Positions 51,996 to 64,000 of a stretch of DNA of 64,000 bases are shown one piece after another. The stretch is taken from contig JBNZDD010013718.1 in assembly GCA_050575255.1 (NCBI GenBank), forward strand, positions 8,238,579-8,302,578, given 5' to 3'. Every line of letters starts with the position of its first letter. The stretch's first letter is position 1. This DNA comes from Harriotta raleighana. Its lineage: Eukaryota. The position numbers and the translations under genes are program-made. The notes beneath the pieces are model-generated. The model searched no databases. It saw nothing but the letters and a program-made list of their open reading frames with translations, and was not told where the DNA came from.

Positions 51996-54900
51996 CTAAG
52001 AACAGAAAAATAGGGTTGTAATGTTTACCTATTGATAGTCTGTAGTGAATCTTACACCTGTCAAATGAACAACTGTGTCTCTGTGAAACGACCAACATCA
52101 GATCATTTTAGAACAGTTAATGCTGCACAATTCTCCCCATCCTTCAATCATTGCGGGACACAAATCCATGAATTTTCTGGATTTGCCTGGCCTCTTCCTG
52201 CTCTCACCCAGGTAAGGGAGAATAAATGGGGTGGGGGAGTGAGGTGAGACAGGAAAGGATCCTCATCCTAGAATCTCTAGTGTCCAATTCACATACATTT
52301 AAACAAATCAAACATCTCTAATATATCCTTACAGTTTGAAATGTTACTAAACGCTCAGGAAAGATGAACAAGGTTTAGCAGTGGGAGCCCATGAATATAT
52401 TTTAAGCACCTTACACTTGTGGTCCCTACAGTGATGTATATTTGATGTTCCTACACTCTCTCCTCCAAAATTCTCCCTTCAACCAAAGTTGCCCTGCCAA
52501 AACATATAACGCTGTACCTACAAATGGATGATTTTAATTGTAGGCTGTTACAAGATCAATATAACTATTTAGATAATAACAAAATAAATGTAGCATTTTT
52601 CAAAACCGGAAACAAAATACTGAATTGAAATGGATTGAGATAAAGGTATTTCAAAAGCCATTTCTCTTTCTGAGCCGATGCCTTCTTAACTTATCAGCAG
52701 CCCATCTGTCTCTGAATAGATACAACAGCTGTTACTACATTACATGACCCCCCACCACCTCCCATCCTTTCCTTCCATGGGGACTCTGTTCAGTGGGCTA
52801 AGGAAGAGACTGAAGCACATCACCCTACCAGAGTGACTGCCTGACTGTGTGACATCAGGGTGAAAAACAGCATGTGACAATCCCCACACTCCTCTGTCCA
52901 TCAGCCGGGAGACATCTATTTGGGAAAACTGCTGTTGCAGGCCATACCAGGACATTCACTATTCTTAAGAGTTGGATAAATACATTGGGAACAGGCATCT
53001 TTATATTTATTTATAACATATCAATAACCAGGAGAAACCCTATTTAGCTTCAACCAGTTTATAAAGCAGTAGGAAAAACAAATTATTTGAAAATAAAGCT
53101 ATTTGAGAGTGCAGGAATATAGTGGCATTTCAATGCACTAAATAGCTTTAGCAAAAACAATCTGCCGAATGTTACTTCCCATGTAGCCACAGTCCTTTTC
53201 TTTTTGCTGGCAAACGGGCTGAAAGGCAATCATCACTCTCTAGTTTCTCACGCAAGTGGCCGCTGCTTATCCATCTACCTCCACATTAAACAATGGCCAT
53301 ACTGGGATGGTGGCTTTCACCAACCCAATCAGCAACATCCATAAAAGCACCTTTCAGCTAGTGCTGGGTCTGTGTGCATGTGTTTGCGGAGGAGGAAGAG
53401 TGTCCAGAGAGGGACCAAATGTGTGTACCTAAATATTTCCTTCCTCCCACCCCCACCCTCAGAGCACAGAGTTGCTGAGCTCAATAGTTGCTGTGACGTC
53501 CGCTGTGACCGAGATGAACTGACTCAGCACAAACCAGAGATTAAATCTGCAAACCAAAAGATAAACAAGACCGCATGATCTCAGCCAGGACAGCAGGTAA
53601 GGTAATTACAATGAGGCTCCTGGTTATAGATATGTTCTAAATAAATATAAAAACTGGGTGGTCAGTTTCACTGGTTGGTGGAGGAAGAGGTGGAACCCTG
53701 GTAGAGGAAAGAAGATAAACTTTCCTGAAAGGCAATGAAATTCACACCCAGTTATAGCCCCAGACTCATGGGACAAAAAACACCAAGGACTTTAAGCCGA
53801 TGGAAATCAGCAGTGCGAGTTGAACTTGAGTAGAACTTTGGTTTTGCCACTGTCATTGTGCCAAGTAGCACAAACCTGGAGTGAGAGGAGCTGCTCTACG
53901 TGAAGCAAAGAAATGTTCTTTAACAGTTTCCTCCTAACCCCACACCCAAGCAACATGGCACTTTCTCATGTGACCTCTGCCACGCCATTTTAGATGCCTC
54001 CTCCTGCAATTCGCAAAGCTCTGAAATTAATCTCCACACCACTCAATGCTAATGTCAACAGGAACCCCAGCAGACTCATTAAGGGAAGGTATGCAAGACA
54101 GCAAATCACATGTCAAGTGGACACTGAGGACAAGCCAATAAAACACGCTGTTTGTTATTTGAGACTAACGCTCTCACTGACCTGGAAATTGCTTTTAAAG
54201 GCAAACTTAAACTGACAAACCTTATTCTCTTATATATTTCACCCTGCTTTTGTTACGTTCCTCTTGACGATTCATAGAGCCGCCTAGGCTGAATTGGTAG
54301 CGTTCTCTCTGCCCCCACACTATGGAACTCCATCCCGCAGTCCCTCCGCTTTGCTTCCTCCCTTTTCTCCTTCAAGGCCGGTCTCAATACCTTCCTCTTC
54401 GACCGCACCTTCTGCTCTCCCCTCTAACTCTTCCCCCTCTCTTTTCTCCCTGCTCCTACCCCCGACCACCCCCCCCACATCACCCTTCTCGGGTCCCGAA
54501 CTGACTGTTCAGCGCTTTGGGTCGTCCTCCCGCCGTGAAAGGCGCTATACAAGTGTAATTTTGTTGTTGTTATTGTTGGATCAGAAGATTGTGGGTTCAA
54601 AACCAATGTTTGGACTTTGAGCCCAGTTTAGTCTAACACAGGAGAAGTGATGCATTGGCAGAAATGTGGTCATTCAGATGAAACATTAAACCGAGGTCCT
54701 ACTCTGCTTGTTACACAGATAAATAATAAGAATGCTTGCATTTGATTGTAGCGCCTTTTCATGTCTTCAAGACCCTTCAAAGCACTTCACAGTTTATACT
54801 GTAAAGTGTCATGGTTGTATTTTGTGGCAAAACGCAGCTGCCAATTAATGATGTCATGATGGCCATTAAAAATGTCACTGAAGTGATCAGCAAAGAAAAT

Positions 54901-55683
54901 AGGTCTGATTTGTGGTGGGGGGGTTATACCTTCAAGAACCTCAGCTGCCCTCTACTATCTCCCTCGATTGAGCATTCACCTGTGCAAACCTACACCGAAT
55001 GGTCAAAGTAATCAACGGCTGGAAGTAACTACAGTTAACAGTGGCCATTTTTATTCAGTGTATCAGTTGCTGTCAAGTTGCCAACATGATCCAATTAAAT
55101 TACACACTACGATTGCTCAGTGCAACGTACCTCGCGTGCAGTAGTACTGTGCTAGTGGGCACTGGTATTTATATCCTGTCACACTACACAGATTTCGGAT
55201 GCAAACTGCTGACCTGAATGAGTCCCTTGTGCCTGGGACTGTGAAAGACTAACAGCTGTCAATAAAACAGCAATCTGGGCAGGTCTGACAGCAGAAGGCC
55301 AGGGCAAGAGAGAGAGAGAAAGGTACACATCAATTTTTTACCAATTACCAATTTACAATCCCTAAACCCAGCAGGTTGCAAAATACAATTTTAGTAGTAA
55401 AATGTAAAGATAACCAAAGAGCAATTTTTGGTTCTTTCTTCCCCAACCTTTCTTCTTTCTTTTCTAGAGGCACCGACTCGTGCTGAGGAATTCCCTGGAT
55501 GCCTACTGATAAACCGTGTGAGCCCAGACACTTAACATCATTTTTTTTCCCTCCAATGGTATATGCTTGTATGCTCCTCTTATTAAGCGCAGATCCTTGG
55601 GCACAGGTTCACCTCTAGCAGATTGCTCAAGGGCCCATTATCCATGTATGAGCTTTGACAGTAAGTTCTGGCAAAACTTACCT

Positions 55684-55742
55684 GTCTCTCTCGCTCTCTC
55701 TCACACATATATATACATACACACACACCACACACACACACA
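55684..55742. repeat. (CT)/(AT)/(CA) compound microsatellite
   Basis: Direct inspection; a longer CA-rich tract lies at ~62940-63120. Confidence 0.8.
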
Positions 55743-55904
55743 AAATCAGTAGAAAGTGGAAGATGTGATAAGGCGCTATACCAAACGCAAGGATTATTAA
55801 TATTACTCGAGACCAGCAAACGCAGCAAGGATCAAAGTTCAATCCACTTGCTCACCGGCCGAAGTTAGAACAACATTTTGGAAATAAATATCCGAGCAAC
55901 TTAC

Positions 55905-56039
55905 AGGCTGTCAGGGCAATTGTCTGGTCGCTCCAGTAACCCCCCCTCCATCACAAAACGCAGGACCTGCTCGTTTGACATGCCCTGGTATGGCTGCTCC
56001 ACCAAAGTGGCAATCTCCCACAGCACCACTCCGAACGAC
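55905..56039 (-). CDS. IGF1R: IGF1R exon 20 equivalent (135 bp)
   Basis: ttcag|[45 protein letters not shown]|gtaagt. Confidence 0.97.
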
Positions 56040-56624
56040 CTGAAACACAAAGGTAAGATCATAGGTTCACCAATTCAGATCATTTCATTGTAGCCAGAAT
56101 CCCGTGTTGCAAAGAGATTCTCTTGATTATCAATGCCCTGCCGCAGGGAAAAGTATTGCCAACGCATTTGTCAGGTACGGGCAAAATTAAACAAGGAAGA
56201 ATGAGAATCAGCACAAGTAAAGAGTTAAAAAAAACTTTAGATTTTCTCCCCTTTTCCTTTCTAGAAGATGCTGACTTGCAGGAGAACATTTCCACACACA
56301 TTAACAAGGCTTCTGGGGAACTCTTGGGTACTTAACACACAAGCACTCTAATTAAACTGAGGCTAAGAGGTATGCTGATCCCTCCCCTCTTCAAGACCTG
56401 GATTATAGTGAACTGGAATCATGGTGGTGCAGAGGAATCAAAGAGGAGAAATAGCCCGTTAAACGTCTGACCAAGTTTCTGAACATTCTAATGTCATTAT
56501 TGGATTAGATGTCCTCCTGTGTGGAGCGACCCTTTGTCCTAACAGTGACACAGAGCGGGAGACACACACTAGACATACTGCATCCAAATGTTGTATCGCA
56601 GGGCTGGCCAACGTGTAGATAATA

Positions 56625-56946
56625 TAATAATATAATAATAATCCTTGCTTTTGATATAGCGCTTTCACATCTTATCAACATCCCAAAGCGCTTCACAGAA
56701 TATACTGTAAAGTGAATTGACTGTATATTTGTGGGCGGAATGCGGCAGCCAATTGCGCACAGCAGTGTCCCACAAACAGTCATAGATTGAAATGACCAAT
56801 TTTATTATTGTGGGTTTTTTGGAGGGATTATTATTAGGCATGTGGAAGGAAACTTGCCCAAGGTTTCGCCCTGATCTGCCTGGATTTGAACACAGGTCTC
56901 ATGCTTGCAAGGCGAGTGCTCTAACCACTAAACCACAGGAGCTCCA
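56625..56946 (-). mobile_element. Full-length young DeuSINE in IGF1R intron 19
   Basis: Head ggagctcctgtggtttagtggttagagcactcgcc, CpG-intact Deu core, (TTA)n tail. Confidence 0.92.
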
Positions 56947-57079
56947 TTTGCGGAAAATAGTCACTACGGCTGCAAATTGGTCAACCCCTGCTTTAATAGA
57001 AGCAACTACATCTCTTTGGTTCCACACAACACTGTTCCTAATCCGTCCTCAATGCAGTCCTAATCCATCATTATCCTCA

Positions 57080-57344
57080 TTATAGCGCCTTATCACATCT
57101 TCTACATGTCTCAAAGCGCTTCACAGAATATACTGTACTGTAAAGTGAATTGACTGTACATTTGTGAGTGAAGTACAGCAGCGTCCCACAAACAATCACC
57201 GTTTGAAATAACCAATTTTTTATTTTGAGAGATTATTATCAGGTATGTGGAGTAAGGAAACTTGCGCAAAGTTTCACCTGCAAAATCAAACCCAAGTCTT
57301 TAGGTTGTAAGGCAAGTGCTCTAACCACTGAACTACAGGACTCC
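57080..57344 (-). mobile_element. DeuSINE copy, tandem to the previous one
   Basis: Head ggagtcctgtagttcagtggttagagc; tail tgtgaagcgctttgagac...gataaggcgctata. Confidence 0.88.
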
Positions 57345-58033
57345 TGGTTGGAGTTGGGGATTTATGTGCCCAGCTCTAACCTGCATCAACAATTCTAATC
57401 CATTTCCCCAGATCTATTCTATGTCCTTATCCAAAATCCACATCCCCAGTTTGAACAAAAGTCCCATAACGCTAACCCCTATCACTAGCCCTAACCATTC
57501 TGACACACAATAGCTTACTGGACTGCCTATAAACTGCACTGCTGGAACCACTCCCTCCCTCCATAAACAAACGACTCCTCTGGCAATTGACACATGTAAT
57601 TACAGCAACTTCAAACGTCTCAGGCCAGCAGGACGTGGTCAGGTGGTGCTCTCACACCGAGGGACAGCTAGTTCTATAGCAGCCCCAGAAGCAGCAGGGT
57701 GATTCAGAACAGATTTGCAGTCTAGTGTTTCTGACGTCTGATTAGCAGGGCTTCCTTGCAATTTCAAACGAAGAAAACAATTTAGCTTTTACTGCCTAGA
57801 ATGCAAACGTTGCAACGCTGGAAGGAAGAATTCAGACGACCTCATTAAACTTTATCCATTAACCGTTCAGAGGCGTCCCAACATTTGTAAGGTTCCTAGC
57901 CTGCTGTCTTTTTAAACTAATCCGGGTGTTACAGGTACATTCAACATGAAGGCAGTAAAGACAAAGGTGGGAAAGCATCCCCTCCCAAAATAAAATCCAG
58001 GAAGGATGTATCACTTCATAAATGATCAATTAC

Positions 58034-58163
58034 CAGACATCAGAGTGTGTTGTGAAGACCCCATCCTTCAGCGACTCTGGTGACATCCATCGAACAGGCA
58101 GTAGTCCTTTCCCCCCTTTCCGGTAATAATCAGTTTCATAGATATCTCTCGTCATCCCAAAAT
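58034..58163 (-). CDS. IGF1R: IGF1R exon 19 equivalent (130 bp), activation loop
   Basis: ggcag|[44 protein letters not shown]|gtaatt. Confidence 0.98.
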
Positions 58164-58568
58164 CTGCCACAAAAAGAGGCACATATTTGGCAATAAGGTT
58201 TTATTAGTTAAAACGGTGCAACGGATCTGGAAGTGACATCACATTGCCATTCAATATCTCAAAATATGCAGATGGTTCAAATCAATTCAGGTTCTTATAA
58301 TCCAATTTATTATAAGTGTAATGACATTGGGGTAAACGGCAAGATAAAGGGAGAGAGACGGAAAGATCTAATGAACCACAAATATAAAAAGGTAGGTGAG
58401 AAAAAAAACACACATGGAAAGAGGTAAAAAGAGAAAACACTGAAAGAATTGAAGTGAGAGACAATAAATTATCACAAGTGCAAAAGAGAGAATAAGCAAA
58501 AGAACAGAACAAAAAAAAAGCCAGTAGTAATTTGAGCATCAAAGTGAAAGAGAAGGAGCAACACTCAC

Positions 58569-58728
58569 CCCCAATCTTTACAGTGTAGTCTTCTGTCACC
58601 ATACAGTTTCGAGCCGCTAAATCTCTGTGAACAAATTTGTTAGCGTTGAGGTAAGACATTCCATCAGCGATCTCTCCCGCCATCTGAATCATTTTCTTCA
58701 AGGTTGGTGGAGGCTGGCCTGGGTTATT
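58569..58728 (-). CDS. IGF1R: IGF1R exon 18 equivalent (160 bp), catalytic loop
   Basis: aatag|[53 protein letters not shown]|gtgagt. Confidence 0.98.
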
Positions 58729-58851
58729 CTATTGAATACACAGATTATAATGTTTAATGCTTCTAAACGTAATGTTGTAAACCACCATCTTGTTAAACAA
58801 TCACAATGACACTTGATTTTGACATTGATGGTGCAGAGCAAGCAAGGTTTA

Positions 58852-59172
<321 letters not shown>

Positions 59173-59749
59173 TCAGAAAGTGGGAAAGCACATAAAAGAC
59201 ACGATCTAATTATAAGAACAAACTAAACAGGAAAAATGAACTCGCACCAGAGATAATCTTCTAACTTTTTTTCATTTCTTGCGGCTCTTTGCATCATTTT
59301 CGACCTAATCAAAGGTGAACTGAACAGGTAGGACAAGTTTTCCAATGCATAGCTCCAACCTTGCAATGCATTTGCCAATGTTCATGGACTTTGAGAATAG
59401 CAAAACTATTTTTTAAAATTTCTCTCCTTTTAACAACAAACCACTGTATTTTCTTCTGCACAACACAATTACAATATCCGCCGGGTGCATCTGACTTTCA
59501 AATCTGCACAATGTGTCAAAACCAGAATCAGAAATAAAAGAACAGAAGGAGGCAAATCAGTCCACCGAGCCTAAACCAGATGCTACTGGAGCCATCTTCT
59601 CTAATTCAAATTCCCTGCTCCTTCTTGACATCCTATTATTCTACTTTCTCTTCAAATGTTTATCCAATTCCTCTTAAATGTCATTTAGGGTCTTATCCTC
59701 CATATGCGCTTGTGGCAAAGCAATCCACGATTCTAATACCCCTTCACGT

Positions 59750-60400
59750 TTAATAATAATCCTTGCATTTGATATAGCACTTTTCATGTCTTCTAGACAT
59801 CTCAAAATGGGGGACATGGAGTAGACGGAGACCGTTCTGGATGATCTACAGCTTGTGAAGGGAAGAGTCGGGAATGCCGATGAGGAGGAAGTTTCCATAG
59901 TCGAGCCTTGATATGACGAATGCATGGACAAGGGTTTTGGCAGTCTGAGGGGTGAGACAGTGGCGGAGTCTGGCAACGTTACGGAGGTGGTGGAAGGTAG
60001 TGCTGGTCATGGAGCAAATGTGGGGGAAGGAAGGGTCAGAAAAGACACCTAGGATCCTGACTGGCTTCAAGAGATGGAAAGTGCAGCCTTGGACCAAGGA
60101 CAGAGCCCTGAGGAACGCAGCACGAGATGATGTGGGGCCTGGAAGAAAAGCCGTTGGTGGACACAAAGTTGAGATGGTGTGAAAGATAGGACCAGAACAA
60201 GTCAAGGACAGAACCTTGAAGGTTGAGGTGGGAGTTGAGGCGATGGAGGAGGATTGTGTGATCCACTGTATTGAAGGCAGCGGATAGGTTGAGGAGGATG
60301 AGAAGGCAGAGGGAGCCCTGGTCACAAAAGGTCAGGATATCATTTGTTACCTTGACCAGAATACTTTCCGTACCGTGAGCAACACAGCTTCCCGACATAA
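59750..60400 (-). mobile_element. Internally deleted L2-clade LINE fragment in IGF1R intron 16
   Basis: HGTESILVKVTNDIL, LILLNLSAAFNTVDHTILLHRL, VPQGSVLGP, AKTLVHAFVISRLDYGN; ends in the same gctatatcaaatgcaaggattattatt tail as the SINEs. Confidence 0.92.
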
Positions 60401-61354
60401 AAGGAGCGATATAAATATAATTTTGTATTATGTCCTATGGATGGATAGCCAGACTAACAAGCTGACTTCCTTTGCTAAAAAAAACATGCCCAATTTCCAG
60501 GCAGTAAGTTTCACTGCTGATGTCTCTTCCTAAGCACTGCACGCAATGATAATAAGTACCACTGACACTTCCTGTGCACTGAATAAACAGGAAGCTCCAC
60601 TGACACTCCTTCATGAAGGAATTCACATCAGCAGCAATTTTGCCATTGGACAAAGGTTATGGCGTAAGAAGCACCTAAGAAATCAGCCTATTTTTAACAT
60701 GGTTTCCTCTGAGGTACTGGACTCAGAGCCTCAGTAAAATTAAAGTCGTGCTATACTTGGGTTCAGGAACAAAGGTGTTAATGGATATAGAGAAAGGCAG
60801 AGAAATTAGATTACAATGTTTCTCATTATCTAATAAAGTGGTGTCATGAGTTAAATGACCTAATCCTGTTCCTAAATTCCAATAACACGCTCTACATGGC
60901 GCCTACAAACTAGGTTGTCTTTGTACAAAGGAGCAGGGAGTTTAAGGTACCGTGTAATCAGTTAGTGGTCTGGGTGCAATTTTCTTAGCAGTTTGAAAAT
61001 AGGGCTGCAGGGCAATGCACAATCAACAAACAATGTGACCTAAAATGTCCTGCCATCAGTGCAGTCCCAAAAATGCAGGTTTTCTGGCTGCATCTGAAGA
61101 ACGGATCTATAATAATGCAATTGATGTGATTTTGAAAAGCTCTGAAAGCAATATTTTGGAATTTGAACAAGTCTTTCTTGTGCTATGTTGCGATTGCTAA
61201 CTGTATCGCAACATGAATGAAGGTCTCCAGAGTTTGGAAAATATTAGTTTGGGAAATGGAACCAATCTTTGGAATAGAAATGGTCTGCGATTGCAATCCA
61301 GAATGCAAAGGTGATTTATTTCACTTCTAGAATTCCCCAAAATGATCTTATAAT

Positions 61355-61716
61355 TTAATAATAATCCTTGCATTTGATATAACGCCTTGTTACATTGTTG
61401 AGGTGTCTCAAAGCGCTTCATCGGATACATTGAAAAGTGAATTGACTGTGTATGTTTTGGGTAAAACGCAGCAGCCAATTGCACACAGCAGCGTCCCACA
61501 AACAGTCACAATGACCAAATTATTGTTATGTTTTGGGAGACATTATTACTCCCACAAAGCAATCCACCAATCGACCAACAACCAGGCTACAATTTACTGA
61601 TAGATAAACAGAGGCGTGGGGAGTAAGCAAACTTGCCCAATGTTTCGCCCTGCCCAGGAATCCAACCCATGTCCTCTCGCTTCCGAGTGCTTTAACCAAT
61701 AAGATGCTGGGACTCC
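61355..61716 (-). mobile_element. Full-length DeuSINE (second subfamily)
   Basis: Head ggagtcccagcatcttattggttaaagcactcggaagcgagaggac, Deu core, (TTA)n tail. Confidence 0.9.
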
Positions 61717-61769
61717 ACACATTATCAAGGTGTAAAATACTATGAGAAGCATAGTATTGTGCTTGACTA

Positions 61770-62114
<345 letters not shown>

Positions 62115-62651
62115 TTAGGTTACTCACTCCTAATCCACAAGGGATTATTGCGATTTTCATTTGCAGCAATGGAGCGAAAGATATTTTTTTTTTATTGGAA
62201 TAAGCTTCCAGTAGTCATAAAAGTAATTATAACTGGACCAGCATTAATATTAGCTGGTTGCACTGCATCTTGGCTACAGATATTTTGAAACAAGTCTTTT
62301 GGATTCACCAAAGCAAAATTTTACTTCATCTTTCAATATAGAATCTCAGACTAAAGAAAAGTGATTAATGGGAAGAACAAAGCGGATTGAAACATGGGTT
62401 TGCTAGATTCACAAGATTAAAAGCATTTAGGCAAGAGTACGTTTTATTATAGGCAAAAGGTGACTTACCTGTTTTAAGAGAATACCCTTTCACAAAGAGT
62501 CTAACATAGAGACTACAACACATTTGTTCCACCTTTTAGATAATTATAAGCAGGTTAACCTCAAAGATTGACTGAAGTGCAACTCCAAGATGTACTGGGG
62601 ACATGTACTCCCAGGGAGCAGTACAGTTTGGATTTTAGAAGATAAACTTAC

Positions 62652-62722
62652 TATCTCCAGCGCTGAAATATTCCGGATTCACAGATGCGTACAGCACTCC
62701 ATTTGGAAGCCTGTCATTATTT
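62652..62722 (-). CDS. IGF1R: IGF1R exon 15 equivalent (71 bp), juxtamembrane NPEY motif
   Basis: tgcag|[25 protein letters not shown]|gtaagt; not in the ORF track. Confidence 0.96.
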
Positions 62723-63669
62723 CTGCACAGCACACAAAAACAAATGTTAGAGCTAATCACCCAACTAGCATTGAAACATCAATGGAGTCTAGTAGCATAC
62801 AAAATGTATTGCACTGCCACAGTAGGCTTCCACAACTCATTCAGTCTCCACTATGTACAGCCTAAAATAATAACTTACTGTAGTGCAGATACTAAAAATG
62901 GGTTGCTTGATTTTGTGACAGAGGTGGCCTTATGTTTATACACATACATAAACCCGGACACACAGGTACACAAACACACACAATCAGGCTGGCACCTACA
63001 CATATAGACACACAGTAATTAATATATACATACATACACACACACACAGGCTCACACACATGCATAAATATACACCCATACATATGTTTTAATCATTCAG
63101 ACACATGACTCAACACACAGATCTCAATGTTCCCTCTGATTTATTTATTTACAAATGCATCTCATGACTCTCATGTCATCCACAAGAAGGAAGAATGTGA
63201 ATTCCTTCATTGTTATGCAACTAGCCAAGAAATCTTAAAAAGTCAACAGTTGAAACTTGCTGGAGGACATAACGCAGCAGTTTGTTTGAACACCTGCCTA
63301 CATTTTTTCCAGCAATGGCATAAAACAGATTAGCCAAATAATTGATTGCTTTTTTTTTGCTTTAAGGTTTCACATTGAATCTCTAACCTTATCCAATGTA
63401 AAGTGTTACAGCCACATTCTCCCATGGCATAGCTAAATAGAGAGACACAGCCAGTCTTGTGTAACGCTATATTAGACAGCTCCTTGGTGGTTGCCAGGAG
63501 CAATTTTTCACTAGCCATCTACCACAAAGACACCGAGAACATCTTTATAGCGTGGAAAGCAACAATTTTCCAAAGATGTATTGTTCTGAGTTTTCGTAAA
63601 ACATTTGTAAACGTTTTAACAACAATACAAACCAAACCTTAGAATGAGCCAGAGGGCTGAAATTCCACA

Positions 63670-63785
63670 TAGGGCTAAAATTCTGTCCAGCAACATTAAT
63701 GATGATTACTTCCAATGGAATTTCCCCCATTACACCAGGATTTGTTTAAAGTCGCTAGGAGAACTTGACTGTAATTTTAGCCCTA
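63670..63785. mobile_element. Small MITE-like element with 13-bp perfect terminal inverted repeats
   Basis: tagggctaaaatt (63670-63682) ... aattttagcccta (63773-63785); GGGC-starting TIRs suggest PIF/Harbinger derivation. Confidence 0.55.
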
Positions 63786-64000
63786 CAGTTTAGGTGCAGG
63801 TTTTCATTTTGTGTAATTTATTTTCTCCCAATTTTGAGATAAAATGTATAGCTCTTACAGGCATCACATTCGCACAGTACAGCCAGTTTATATTCAGGCA
63901 TTGTACTAAATTAAGGTGCCAAAATCAAAAAAATGAAGATTTTTTAAAAAATGGTTCAACGGGTATGTTGAAATGAGGTCTGCTCAGTAACAACAGCTTG

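Noticed and set aside
55755-56720. Inverted SINE tails flanking IGF1R exon 20 as a circRNA driver
   Set aside because: The + strand fragment is only ~50 bp and diverged; too weak to claim.
62723-64000. IGF1R transmembrane exon (exon 14)
   Set aside because: No hydrophobic exon with suitable splice sites was found; it must lie beyond the window.

Overview
Vertebrate genomic DNA, very probably a holocephalan cartilaginous fish such as the elephant shark. This is inferred from the dense tRNA-head/Deu-domain/L2-tail SINEs and the L2/CR1 relics. Three loci are visible. (1) On +, the terminal coding exon of SHF (SHB-family SH2 adaptor) at 4873-5059, which the ORF track misses. (2) On -, the 3' end of IGF1R: seven coding exons equivalent to human exons 15-21 (62722 to 51635), all with GT-AG boundaries, then a ~9 kb 3'UTR ending at a poly(A) block near 42602. 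(3) On -, between them, a six-exon FAM169-family (FAM169B-like) relic at 28613-32843 in which every exon carries a stop, frameshift or dead splice site, i.e. an unprocessed pseudogene. Other structure: a Tigger-like MITE nested in an old SINE, a 43-bp-arm fold-back palindrome inside a SINE, a ~220-bp inverted duplication around 2.7 kb, candidate TALE-motif enhancers, and two N-flanked duplications that look like assembly artefacts. No prokaryote-type system (CRISPR etc.) is present. Homology calls rest on recalled protein and UTR sequences, not on database searches.
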